Shown here one piece after another: positions 1-12,422 of a stretch of 62,273 nt of DNA. Positions within the stretch are counted from its first letter, which is position 1; every line of letters begins with the position of its first letter. A program made the translations under genes and the position numbers. The DNA comes from Ylistrum balloti. Taxonomy: Eukaryota. The stretch lies in assembly GCF_031769215.1 (NCBI RefSeq), contig NW_026782915.1:1-62273 (forward strand), in the 5' to 3' direction. The notes beneath the pieces are model-generated. The model ran no database searches. It worked only from the letters and a program-made list of their open reading frames with translations, and was not told the DNA's origin.

Positions 1-1724
1 AACCCCTTCACAATCATGAAATGTCTGTGATATGATTTGTTGATACTTCTCTGGTGCTGAACTGATACCAAACATCAGCCGCTTATACCTGTATAATCCT
101 TGATGCGTCACAAATGTAGTTATCTCCCTTGATGAATCTTCTAATTCTATCTGGTGATATCCATACTTCATATCTAATTTGCTGAACACTGTACTCCCAT
201 TCATATTGTACAGTATCTCGTCCACAGTGGGTATTGGGTGTCTCTCACGGACTATAGCTTGATTAGCCTGTCTCATATCCACACATATCCTGATATCGCC
301 ATTAGGTTTTGGGACAACTATTACCGGGCTAACCCACGGGGTTGGGTCATTCACCTTCTCGATAATGTCCTGATCCTCAAGTTCATCAAGTTTAGCACCG
401 ACTTTCTCTCGTAGACTGTAAGGAATCCTATACATAGGTTGTGCCACCGGTTTTACAGATGGATCAATATGAAGCTTCAATTTGAAGTCATTCAGCTTCC
501 CAATTCCTCCAAAACATGACTTGTACTTATCCAATATATCATCATGGACTGAGTAGACTCCAATTTTCAGCACTCCGAGATCTACTGCCGTAGCCCTCCC
601 TAATAAAGCCGAACCTGTGCCATCAAGTACATAAAAGGCAGCCTCAATTTCATCATCACTTCCGTCAACAGACACCGTAGTAATAAATTTGCCAAGTAAC
701 GATAAAGGTTTATCTGCTCCATATGAATACAGCCGTTTGTCAGTTTTCTCTGAACGACACACAATCTTTCTTTTCTTTAAGTCCTCCCATGTAGGCTTGT
801 CAATGATATTGACTGTCGCTCCACTATCCACAACCATATCAACTTTGTGACCACCAACCATGAACGAAAGTCTGTCTGCATCTGTGTGTTGTACACTAAA
901 TGCATACTCTGCCTCTGACTCTACACAGTTCACTTTACCTTTGACCTTTGACAATGTTGACCTCTCTGCCTTTAGGCAACGTGGTTCCTTTGTTTTACAG
1001 CATGCACGAAAATGCCCCATCTTACCACACTTATTGCACTTTTTGTTTTTCGCTGGACAGCCTGAATCTTTCGCGAAATGACCTTCACGTCCACATCGAA
1101 AACATAAAGCCTTTGTGCTACTACTTGTTGACCGTTTTGTGTCCTTTTGTTTCACAAAGTTTATCTGATTGACTGAGCTTAGAGGAGACTCCATTTTCTT
1201 AGCCTGGACATCTGCCATTTCCATTGTAGCCGCGATTGTGCGTAATTGATCAAGTGTCAATTCCTTCCCCTTTTCCAGACATTTGGTTCTAAGTTTATGA
1301 GATTTACATTTTCTATTATTTGATCCCTTATTTGTTCCTCAATGTTCCCAAATTCACAAAGAACTGCTTGTCTTCTGAGTCTGGTGATGAATTGTTCGAT
1401 AGACTCGTCTTCCTGACACATTGACCGAAATACATACCGTTCGTATGGCACGTTTATTTTTGTTTCAAAATGTTTACTCAGTGTGGCTACCGCTACAGCA
1501 TACTCATCACCTCCCTCCGCCTCTGTTAGCGTGAAATAGATGTCTTGAACTGGTACACCTGCACAGTGTAGTAATAACGCTTTCAACTGTTTCTTGTCTG
1601 TTACACCCTTGCCAGTGGCAAATAAATCGAAACTACGAAGCCATCGCTTCCATTCCTGCTGTAAATGACCTGGGTCACCATGTGCGTTGAACGGCTCAAT
1701 ACCATTCAGGTCGATCGAAGACAT
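1..1724 (-). pseudogene. Gypsy gag-pol polyprotein with one frameshift, 3' end outside the window
   Basis: ATG 1724 (MSSIDLNGIEPF...). A 1-nt shift at 1309-1312 restores IIEKCKSHKLRTKCLEKG. The frame is then open to base 1: CFRCGREGHFAKDSGC and CNKCGKMGHFRACC knuckles (~1000-1100), DMVVDSGAT (~815-840), and RT motifs PWVSPVIVVPKPNGDIRICVDMRQAN, FSKLDMKYGYHQIEL, YRYKRLMFGISSAPEKYQ. Confidence 0.93.
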
Positions 1725-1793
1725 TTTCACAAATGACAGTTCGTATTTCTTACATACACCAGTTCTTGATACATTTACTAACGTATTCGCAAT

Positions 1794-1806
1794 ATCCTCG
1801 TCGCCA
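1794..1806 (-). promoter_or_regulatory. Primer binding site complementary to tRNA-Ser(GCU) 3' end
   Basis: Minus strand reads TGGCGACGAGGAT, 3 nt inside the LTR end. It matches the recalled tRNA-Ser(GCU) 3' end ...ATCCTCGTCGCCA. Confidence 0.85.
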
Positions 1807-1809
1807 GAT

Positions 1810-2080
1810 TGTCGTGTCGAATTGAATCAGAGCCCGAATTGAATCATAACACAAAACTGGTCTCGTTCAAATGGCCGCCTGTTTTAATAATAATGCCCGG
1901 ATGTTTCACAAGAACGATAACTCCACACATAAGACAATCAGAGTTATTTCCCATTACTCTACATCTAAACACTACAGGTGTAAAGTCTTTGTACTCGTTT
2001 CAAAGAAAAATACCCAGTTGTAACAATAGGAATTAAATAAAAAAAACATTTGTCCACTTGCCTTCGATTTTGTCACGACA
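1810..2080 (-). repeat. 5' LTR of the Gypsy element (~271 bp)
   Basis: Bounded by 7-bp inverted termini TGTCGTG...CACGACA and adjacent to the PBS. The partner LTR and TSD lie outside the window, so the distal boundary cannot be confirmed. Confidence 0.7.
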
Positions 2081-2287
2081 TAATGTTCCACGAGTGGAGA
2101 AAGTGAAAGCATATTGGGTTTGAAGACTTGGAATACGGCGATACAATTGTGTATGTCACGTGTGTGAAAGTTCACGTACATGTATATATTTGAAAATATA
2201 AATTTGCCATTTACAAGTTATGTTTAAAAATGAAAATAAAAAATTATATATACAGGTGGTATATGTAAATATTACGCAACGGCATAC

Positions 2288-2474
2288 CACGTGCGTGCGG
2301 GTTATAGTAGAATACACGCAAGAATTTGACCTACTTTACTTACAATGTACTATCGTTTACAAAGGGGCAAATAAAGTTTACAACTCGACACTTGGTAATC
2401 TGATAGACGTATACAGGTTTAAGACAGCGTTTCGTTGTGGAGATAAGACCAGATCTAGATGACTGCACACGCGA
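2288..2474. promoter_or_regulatory. Candidate P450 proximal promoter with bHLH-PAS (XRE) and E-box motifs
   Basis: CACGTG at 2288-2293, and TNGCGTG matches on the minus strand at 2315-2321 (CACGCAA) and 2468-2474 (CACGCGA), 240-430 bp upstream of the ATG. Motif match only. Confidence 0.3.
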
Positions 2475-2715
2475 CGGTGGGTTTATAATATCGGAGAGGC
2501 GGCCAGGAAAGCAGTTTATGCTAACGAGATCACATCGAGGGCTGACTGAGGGAAAACAGGTTTCGATTGTGAGACATATTGCATATTTGAAACTTATGCC
2601 AAATATCACAGATTGAACGGCAAACAATATAAGGAGAGATAGGAAAAGGATTAATAGTAGAACAATATTAGAGATTTACTGGAGCAACATTACATGTACC
2701 TTGGCCTCGGACAAG

Positions 2716-5700
2716 ATGCTTACTTTTATTCTCATCGGCGTTGTCATTGGATTTTTAACATATATGACGTTTATGAAATTCTTCTCCAAATCTAGAAATT
2801 TGCCACCGGGTCCAAAACCAAGACCGATTTTTGGAAATGATATTTTATTCAAGAAGGACCCTAAAGGTTACCTGGAGCTGACCAAATTGGCCGAAACATA
2901 TGGCGATGTTTATACGTTGTATTGTGGTACAACAGTCATCATAATTGTGAACGGCTATGACGCCATACACGAAGCGTTCGTGAAGAAAGCAGACGTGTTC
3001 ACGGATAGACCACAGCTGTTTGTGCCCCTGGTCGGCGTCTCCAGAGGAACAGGTAACTTGTTTATTGTTGTAATTATTCATTGTGATTATGCAAACTTAC
3101 GATCTGAGAGAAAACATTCCGCCTTTATACATGTGATACCGTACGTATTTGTTAGGGAGAGTAAAACGCTATCGTGACATTATCAGTTGACTTTGCTATA
3201 TGCCTATACCGACTCTAACGATTTTAAGTTCAGTAAACAGAATTTTTACCAAATAATTTTAATGGAGAATATTGAACCGTGGAATCTTAAGTGAGAAAGA
3301 GCAACATTGTATATACATTTATCTATATTTCCTGGTTTGAATAGTATATTGACACCATAAGTCGAAATCTACGAGTATACGCAAATACGGTATGTTATGT
3401 CTATCGGACATGCGGTGGTTGACATGTTGGTGTAACATTTTCATATAATGTAAACATAATTAGATTATTTCACTGATGCTGCAGCTGTGATCATCGGACA
3501 ATTACGTTTAGCATTTATATCATTTGTCTTATCAAATGTGATATTATCAATATTTTAGGTGCTGAGCGTCTTTTATATATTGCACATTTCATACATATTT
3601 ATTTCGCATGAGTATCTGCTCGCGACTTCCATTAAATTTTGTTGATTCACTTCTTCATGTGCGCCTATCCTAATAAATAAATAATAATAAAAAAATAAAC
3701 ATAAAATTTCAACAAACCGACTTCGTTTTATATAATAATCCATCTTGAGCTATACAACAACACTTCGATGTAAAGTTAATCGTCTTATGTTCCACCGTGC
3801 CTTACAAACACCATCAAAATATCGTTTTTCTTTTCTTTTCTTTTTTTTTAATATACTAATCTACAAATGACGACATTACAAGGTAACGTTTCTGTTTAGG
3901 TTTAACATATAACAGTGGACAGCCATGGAAAACTCTGAGAAGATTCACGCTTCAGACCCTCCGAGACTTTGGTGTCGGCAAGAAATCCTTAGAAGAGAAA
4001 ATCCAAGAGGAAATTGCGGTCGTCATGGAAACATTGGTTTCATCCAATGGGAAACCAGTTCGGATGAAACCGTGCCTTCTGTCAGCGGCAACTAACATCA
4101 TCTGCAGTGTGATGTTTGGGGAAAGGTGGGTACTATTATTCATATTGGAGTTTTGAATTAAGTATATTTAAGAATATATAGATAATTAAACCACCCATAT
4201 TTTTCGAGAGAAAAATTATACGCGTGGCCTAAGAATCAACTATATATCACATATGCAATAGATAATAAGTTTGAAAGGGAAAATAGCTACATATGGTGTA
4301 AATATATCAAATACTGCAAATCGTTACAGAACCTACCTGTATCTTGTTCCGGTTCCGGTTCCTTAGTACCTATATCCAGTGTACACAGTGTACATAGACC
4401 AGATTTGATATACTTGTATATAGTTTAACAGCCATATTTAATGAATAAATAAAACTTGCTTTATCATTGAATATTCCTTTAAAGCTCGGTGAGGACATAG
4501 AAGTCAAAGATGTTTCCAAATTAAAGGTAGATGCAGATGTACATGTATGATTACTACACTGTACATACGTATCGACTAGTGTGACCATTGCCATTTCTCT
4601 ATAACTTACTCCACTCAGTTCAAGGTAGTATTGTATAAACTATGTTATTGTATTCATGCTCCATGGAAACTTAGCGTTAATCAAACTATTCTTTCGCCCC
4701 TGTTACAGGTTTCAATATGATGAGGACAGGTTCACACAACTAACAGGCGTTCTGGAGGAAATCTTCAAACTCAACGCACCTTTTGCGAAGGAAAACTTTT
4801 TCTCCATAACAAGATGGTTTCCTTCTGGTCGCCAGGTATATGTAACTGAAATGAGACCTCTTTAGTTCAACGTGAAAGGTTAATAAGTAGGTTTATACAT
4901 CAGGTCAACAAAATTCCACGACCAGTCCAATGGGTGTACAATGGGACCTCAATAATCAAAGGCAAATGGGTTGTACACTGGTCCTCAGTGGTTTAAATGG
5001 GTGTACAATGGGGCGAGGTGTACTTTTGGACCATGTCATTCCAAACTGCAAGGGGGGTAGTTAATCAAACTTTAATGAGTACAATATACGCCATTGTAGA
5101 TTTAGAAAAAAAAGATTCGTTTTCGAAACGAGGCTTAATATGCAACCTCGTTTTAGTCAAAAGTGGGGTTCAGTCGTTTAATCCAAAACTTGAGACCTTG
5201 TTAGTACAAAATTTGGGACTATGTTAGTCCAGAACTTGGAACCTTGTCAGTCCATAACTTGGTATCTTGTTTGTCCAGAACTTGGGATCTTGTTACTCTA
5301 GAACTTTGGACTTGTTAGTACAAAAGTTGGGACTATGTCAGTGCAGAACTTAGGACTATGTTTATGTGATTCACATTTAAAAGATTAAAGTTAAGTTGAT
5401 AAATAATGTAAGTGTTTACTGAAACATCCGAGATAAGTTCTCAAAAAAAAAAAAAAAAAAAAAGTTTTCGGTGTACATGTATTTTGGTCACGGTCACATG
5501 GTTAAATACCATTATTACTTATCATTACACTCCAGTTGATATCTAAACGGAGAGCGGCTATAGAGAAGGTAAAATCTTACCTATCTAGAACCATCACAGA
5601 ACACAGGAAGACGTTTGACAGCAACAATATCCGAGATTTTATAGACCTGTACCTACAGGTGTGCGAGGATAAGTCTGACCCAGATATTTACACAGGTAAG

Positions 5701-8637
5701 CTTCAATTAGTTTCTCCATTTTTTCTTGAAAATATCATAATAAAATTGAAAAATAAACATGATAAGTCTTATACTTACATGTTTTTACAATGGACACCAA
5801 TTCAGCTGCTTGTGTACACGAACACTTCAAGTTTGTAGGCGTACGTCTATCTATAAAGGTAGCATTACCCTTATAGTTTAATTACTAATAGTATACTAAT
5901 GTTTTCAAAATAATAACTACAGTGTATGTTGATTTACTGTAAAAAAAGACTATTTTTCGTGTTGGGAAATTCACATTCGTATAAGTTAACGCAAAAATAT
6001 CACCTCACGAAACCATAATACAATATAATTGATACATATGAAAACTGCCTAATTTTTAAAAGCTACCAGCACGTTGTTTCTCACTTTCACTTTCTTCTGT
6101 GAAAATTCGGAATGTCTTTTTTCTCAATATGTTGAATTAAATATTAATTATATTGTAGAATCGAATATTTATAAGATAATTGTGGACCTATTTCTGGCGG
6201 GAGGCGAGACGACAGGTACCAGTTTGGACTGGTGCCTTCTGTATATGATCGCCTACCCAGACGTACAGGCACAATGTCAGGCAGAATTAGACCAGGTACA
6301 TACATGATGTGTCTGTTTAAAATGATGTACTTCTTTATCATACTAAAACGCCAGATTAACATACGTTTATTTGACTTATCGTAGTTTACTAAATATAGAC
6401 TTAATTCATTTGAAGTTTTCATCACGTGACTTAAATGCCTACAAAAAAAAAATGAATATTTTATCATATTCAATATACATATGTAGAAACGGTTGCACAT
6501 AGAAAAGTAATTTCAATATCAAAAGCTTGTTGAGTGAAAGATATATTAGGGTTTGATATATAACCTCGACTTTTCAAATTTCAACACATCTGACCTTTTT
6601 AATGCAATTTAAATTCGAATTTGTTCATTTAACACTAAAAAAGACCATTCAACATAATATCTTGACTCAAGGCTATCAGTTTTAAAATCATAAAATCTCC
6701 TCTGCAAATTAACCGAAAGGCCAAAAGTGATATTTGACCACAAGCATTTTACGATGAATGGTTATCACCCCTTCCCACTCCAACTTTACAAGTCACAAGC
6801 AGTGATCAATGTATCAAATATTTGGGCAAATAAGTTAGTTTGATTAAATATTTAAGATTTTCAGATTTTGACGTTGAGATTGATATTTCTGAGATTTTTT
6901 TAATGTTCAATATTGGTCGTAATTATGCTAGCCACATTTTGAGTTTTATCTGGTATTCAAGATGGATGCAAGCCGCCATTTTAAATGTTGACATTTGATA
7001 TTTGTTTCTGTGATGACTTTGTGGTGATATTCTCTAGACACATTGATGAGCATGATCTGTATTCATGCTATTTTTGCATGCCATATTTTGAGTTTCACTG
7101 GATATTCAAGATGGCCACCAGCCTTTAAACTTTTTGTGTTGATACATTTCGTTCGTTTCCGGTAGCTCTGAAGAAAAACTGCATAAATCCCCTTGTTACA
7201 AAACAAACAACTTAAATATAGTTACTTTTTTGTGCATGGAACATTTTGAGGTTCATGGGATTAACCCAAGTTGGCCATCAACCGCTCAACTATCTTAACA
7301 AAGACATGCCATTTTCTGTCACTGGATCCCAACAACCAATTTAGAGAGTAATACCAAAAGTACCAGCTGGTTTTAGTTCCCTGATTATTTCTAGGTGATC
7401 GGAAAGGGCCGCCCTGTGGGCCTTGCTGACAGAGGGACCTTGCCTTACCTGGAAGCCACTCTTCTAGAGGTACAGAGAATAGGAAATACATGTAAGTTTG
7501 TCTCTCACGTTTAAAGAATGTAAGGTAAACTTAACCGTATGGTAGTTTTACAATATACTTTACTGGAAGTTTAATCACCTTCATGTCTGGTAGTTTTACC
7601 TCACTGGTAACTTTATACCACCTGACTCGTTTAACCATATACATGTACATGTTAAGTATTTTCAATTTAAGAGAGCAATACATGTTTTGGATCAATATTG
7701 TTTTGTGACATACAACAACAATTTACACTGTTTCCCTTCACAAACTACTATCTCTATTGAAATATGTTATAGCTGTGACCTCAACAAACATAGCAACAAT
7801 TTGAAAGGATTCTTACACCAGATCTCTTGACAAATTCCCATTTTCTAAAAATAATTTTAAACTGTGATTTTATATTCCAGTGACCTTCTCTTTGCCACAT
7901 GTAGCCAAACATACAAGTGAGCTTAGAGGCTACACCATTCCCAAGGATGCCATTATCATAGCCAATCTGTACTCCGCCCACATAGACCCTAAATACTGGG
8001 ACACACCGCACAAGTTCTCTCCAGAACGCTTTCTCAATGACAACGGCAGTCTTAAGCGGAGAGATGGTTTTGTTCCATTTTCTTTAGGTAAGCTTATCTC
8101 TGATTGATGTGTATTATTAGACCTAATTAACAGAAAATGGTAATGTAATCTGCATATCAAATGAGAGAAAAAAAAATCAACGAATAGAGTTTACATGATT
8201 TGACCATGTGATTTTTGTGTTCTGTTAAAATATGAAAATCAATTATTTCAATTCTTATTACTAGTATTTCTCTTGGTCAACTCATTTTATGTACAGATAT
8301 ACACCCTTTCATATGTGGAATTATTACACAGTATGATATTACCAGTATATGATGCTTACTAAGGACGGAGGTGTGGGATTGGGGGTTGTGAACTTCAATT
8401 GCCAACAAATACTGAACGTGTCTTTTACTAAATTCACTTTTCCCCTCTGCTTATTTAGGTCCTCGTCTCTGTATAGGAGAACCTTTAGCCAGGATGGAGC
8501 TGTTCTTGTTCTTCACAAATTTGCTCCAGAAGTTCCAGTTCAGCACACCTCCAAACTCCCCTAAACCATCAATGGAAGGCATCCAGGCCTTAACGCTGAC
8601 TCCCCTACCATATGATCTAGTGGCACATCCCCGTTAG
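2716..8637 (+). CDS. Cytochrome P450, CYP2 clan (8 exons, 489 aa)
   Basis: Exons 2716-3052, 3900-4125, 4709-4835, 5536-5695, 6159-6295, 7395-7491, 7881-8087, 8459-8637. All introns are GT-AG, phases are consistent, total 1470 nt. Motifs: N-terminal TM anchor, PPGP hinge, WKTLR (C-helix), [14 protein letters not shown] (I-helix), EVQR (ExxR), PERF, heme loop [10 protein letters not shown]. Confidence 0.97.
5178..5360. repeat. 23-bp degenerate minisatellite, 8 copies, in P450 intron 3
   Basis: Units like TTAGTCCAGAACTTGGGACTATG start at 5178, 5201, 5224, 5247, 5270, 5293, 5315, 5338. Confidence 0.85.
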
Positions 8638-10209
8638 CTACGACCTTGACTGCAGAATTTCTGTAGTTTTCAGACTGAGCTATCCTCTAATTTATATATA
8701 GAACCATGTAGTTATAGCAACAGTCTGTATCAGATATGAGGTAAAATGTAAGTGGGAAAATGTCTTTACTGGTAACCCATCTTAAATTTTTATTTTATTC
8801 TGGGATTGCCAACTGTATTATTTTATTGCCAATTGTCATGACCACACAAAAACAGTAAAATATTCATTTATGAAAGTTATATAATGTTTCACATCTATTT
8901 CTACATCTATTGTTATGGTATTCTGTCACCCAAAAAACATTTTGAACTGTAAAAATTATTTTTGTGCATCATGAGATCTGCTAGATATTGAGATCTATGA
9001 GATTATGACTTACTTACAAACTTGTAGCTTTTACATAATTTTATCTATTTATATTTTCCAAGATTCAGATGTATATTTTTAGCTATCATAATGATATTTA
9101 AAGTAATGACACACATTAAAACATATATGTTCATCAAAGATTCACTTTAAGAGTTTCTCTCATTTTTCAAATACCTTTTTTAAACAAGCATTTTCTCAAT
9201 AATTCAAATAGCCAGTTTTCAGTGAAATTGGTTGACATCATGTCAGGCTTTATCATTTTTTCATACTGGGAAAACCTTGTATAGTGCCATTCCTTAGTTT
9301 TGTTGGATTTTCACTTCTGATGATAGTTTTAGATAAGGACTGTGAAAGTCATCAATTTGTTCTCTCCCAGATTTAATTCCACCTCAATTTTGTAACATTA
9401 TATATACACTCTAGCAAATTGAACAAGGAATACTAAATTCATAAGTATCTAAACATTTCACCAAAATAATATACTGTTTTATAAACCATCACAGCAGTTT
9501 ATTCAAGAAATTTACATCGTCCAATTTTTTTGTAAAATTAAAAATATAATGTGTTACATCATGATACATTTAAAATAAGAAAAAACACAAGTGTAACTAC
9601 ATACTATGACAAGGTTGACCTCGAGTTTCCCCAATACATAAGGATGATTTTTTTCTCGAAGACATGAAGGGTCCTACTACTTGTAACTACATGTTCATGA
9701 CAACTTCAGGTCAATATATCCTGATAAAATAAAATGTCTTGCACAACATTTGCCTTGGGAGATATAAATACTTTAATTTTCTAAAGAGATTTTCATGTTG
9801 ATTAAAAATGAAATAGGAATTCCTGAGACGTCCAGATATATGAACTCAAACAATTAACTCATTAACACTGTCCCTATTGAAATACACAATTTCACAGAAA
9901 ATGTAATTCATGAAAAGAAAAATGAAATAATTATGATCAATATACTTGAATTGATGTCATCGGAGTGGTTAGATAAATTTGAATCAAAGAGGCACTTTGT
10001 TGCCAGCCAATCTGAATCCTTTAAAATTAATCATATCCTCCAGTCTTCAAATTTTAACAAAGTTGAGGATCCTTCCCCATATTTACAGATAAAAACGAGA
10101 CCTATTACTTAACTGTCCCTATAAAACCGTTGGAAAAGAAACAGGAATGACCAAATAGAGATTTGTCATTATACACTGAATGTTGTTTGGTATGTATGTG
10201 ATATACAGA

Positions 10210-11537
10210 GATACAGTCAGTGTCCTATCTCCCACTGTCCTCATTATCTTCAGCATCTGATTTCTGATACAGTGATACAGTCAGTGTCCTAGCTCACACT
10301 GTCCTCATTATCTAAAACATGTGATTTCTGATACAGTGATACAGTCAGTGTCCTATCTCCCACTGTCCTCATTATCTTCAGCATCTGATTTCTGATACAG
10401 TGATACAGTCAGTGTCCTAGCTCACACTGTCCTCATTATCTAAAACATGTGATTTCTGATACAGTGATACAGTCAGTGTCCTAGCTCACACTGTCCTCAT
10501 TATCTTCAGCATCTGATTTCTGATACAGTGATACAGTCAGTGTCCTAGCTCACACTGTCCTCATTATCTAAAACATCTGATTTCTGATACAGTCAGTGTC
10601 CAAGCTCGTACTGTCCTCATCATCAGAAGCATCTGATTTCTGATACAGTCAGTGTCTAAGCTTGCACTGTCCTCATCATCAGAAGCATCTGATTTCTGAT
10701 ACAGTCAGTGTCCAAGCTCGCACTGTCCTCATCATCAGAAGCATCTGATTTCTGATACAGTCAGTGTCCAAGCTCGCACTGTCCTCATCATCAGAAGCAT
10801 CTGATTTCTGATACAGTCAGTGTCTAAGCTCGCACTGTCCTCATCATCAGAAGCATCTGATTTCTGATACAGTCAGTGTCTAAGCTCGCACTGTCCTCAT
10901 CATCAGAAGCAGCTGATTTCTGATACAGTCAGTGTCTAAGCTCGCACTGTCCTCATCATCAGAAGCATCTGATTTCTGATACAGTCAGTGTCTAAGCTCG
11001 CACTGTCCTCATCATCAGAAGCATCTGATTTCTGATACAGTCAGTGTCTAAGCTCGCACTGTCCTCATCATCAGAAGCAGCTGATTTCTGATACAGTCAG
11101 TGTCTAAGCTCGCACTGTCCTCATCATCAGAAGCATCTGATTTCTGATACAGTCAGTGTCCAAGCTCGCACTGTCCTCATCATCAGAAGCATCTGATTTC
11201 TGATACAGTCAGTGTCCAAGCTCGCACTGTCCTCATCATCAGAAGCATCTGATTTCTGATACAGTCAGTGTCCAAGCTCATACTGTCCTCATCATCAGAA
11301 GCATCTGATTTCTGATACAGTCAGTGTCTAAGCTCGCACTGTCCTCATCATCAGAAGCATCTGATTTCTGATACAGTCAGTGTCCAAGCTCGCACTGTCC
11401 TCATCATCAGAAGCATCTGATTTCTGATACAGTCAGTGTCCAAGCTCGTACTGTCCTCATCATCAGAAGCATCTGATTTCTGATACAGTCAGTGTCTAAG
11501 CTCGCACTGTCCTCATCATCAGAAGCATCTGATTTCC
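10210..11537. repeat. Minisatellite: ~6 x 64-bp units followed by ~17 x 56-bp units
   Basis: Core GATACAGTCAGTGTCYAAGCTCGCACTGTCCTCATCATCAGAAGCATCTGATTTCT. Unit starts at 10210, 10274, 10338, 10402, 10466, 10530, then 56-bp spacing from 10586. Confidence 0.97.
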
Positions 11538-12422
11538 CAAATGTTAACACTACAGTTTGAGTCACGTTTCATCTTACTGCATTCTCATGTACAGACAGGT
11601 ACATTTGTCCAATAAATTTCCTTACAGATCCATCTCCATCCATGTTCTGTCTGTAAAGAAAATACACAGTGTCTTATTTGCAGCCAGTGAGGAGTAAATT
11701 TTGAAATTTCATTAACAGCAAATGGAAGTTTGAATGGAAGTACCCTTTTTTGTTTTTTTTTTTTTTTTGTTAATTATAACAATAAAATCATGTAAATGTT
11801 GAAACCTTACAAAGTAACTTAACAGAATGCAACTTTTAATATCAAATTCATTTGACAATCATAATGATATCTATATTAAGTACTACATCCCTTCTCTGAC
11901 AGATAATAACAATAAAATCTAAGGTAGTATTGTCAGAATTATCAAACTATACTGATTTTTGTTTTGAAATCATTTAGACATGACACAAATGTGATTTATA
12001 CAGAATCTATTAAGAATACACTACATGTGATTACTTTTGTTAAATTTAAATTTTATCAACTTGTAATTAATCAATTTCTATATCCAAAGGCCATATTAGC
12101 TTTGATATATGTTGGCTGTCTTTGCTGATCACCCAAAATACAGTCTAGGACCTATAGAACAGTATTTTACGGTTATCTACTGGTTCCTATTAACAGGTAG
12201 TACATACAGAAATTACAGTCAGCCTAATTTGAGTACCATCTGCCAGGTACAGTTGTATATAGTATATTTAAGACAGCTATTTATATATTACCATAGGTAA
12301 GTATAGGTTACAATAAATTAACACTAGTAATAAACAGCCTTTTATCTGTGTATAATTTTGATTTTGTATTTGAAATGAATTTAGTTGAGTCTAGCCCAAA
12401 CACCCCAGATAGTCACCTGCCA

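Larger units (their letters stand above)
1..2080 (-). mobile_element. Gypsy LTR retrotransposon (Mag-like), 5' half; runs off the window start
   Basis: Order on the minus strand is 5' LTR (2080-1810), tRNA-Ser PBS, gag, two CCHC knuckles, protease (VVDSGA) and RT. A single gag-pol frame, tandem knuckles and a Ser PBS are typical of Mag-type elements. Confidence 0.95.

Noticed and set aside
1300-1320. Programmed ribosomal frameshift in gag-pol
   Set aside because: The shift falls mid-capsid, before the zinc knuckles, and has no XXXYYYZ slippery heptamer. A mutation or assembly error is more likely.
10210-11537. Regular arrays (here, 15930-16160 and 45121-49214) as CRISPR candidates
   Set aside because: There are no unique spacers and no cas genes, and the context is eukaryotic with spliceosomal introns.
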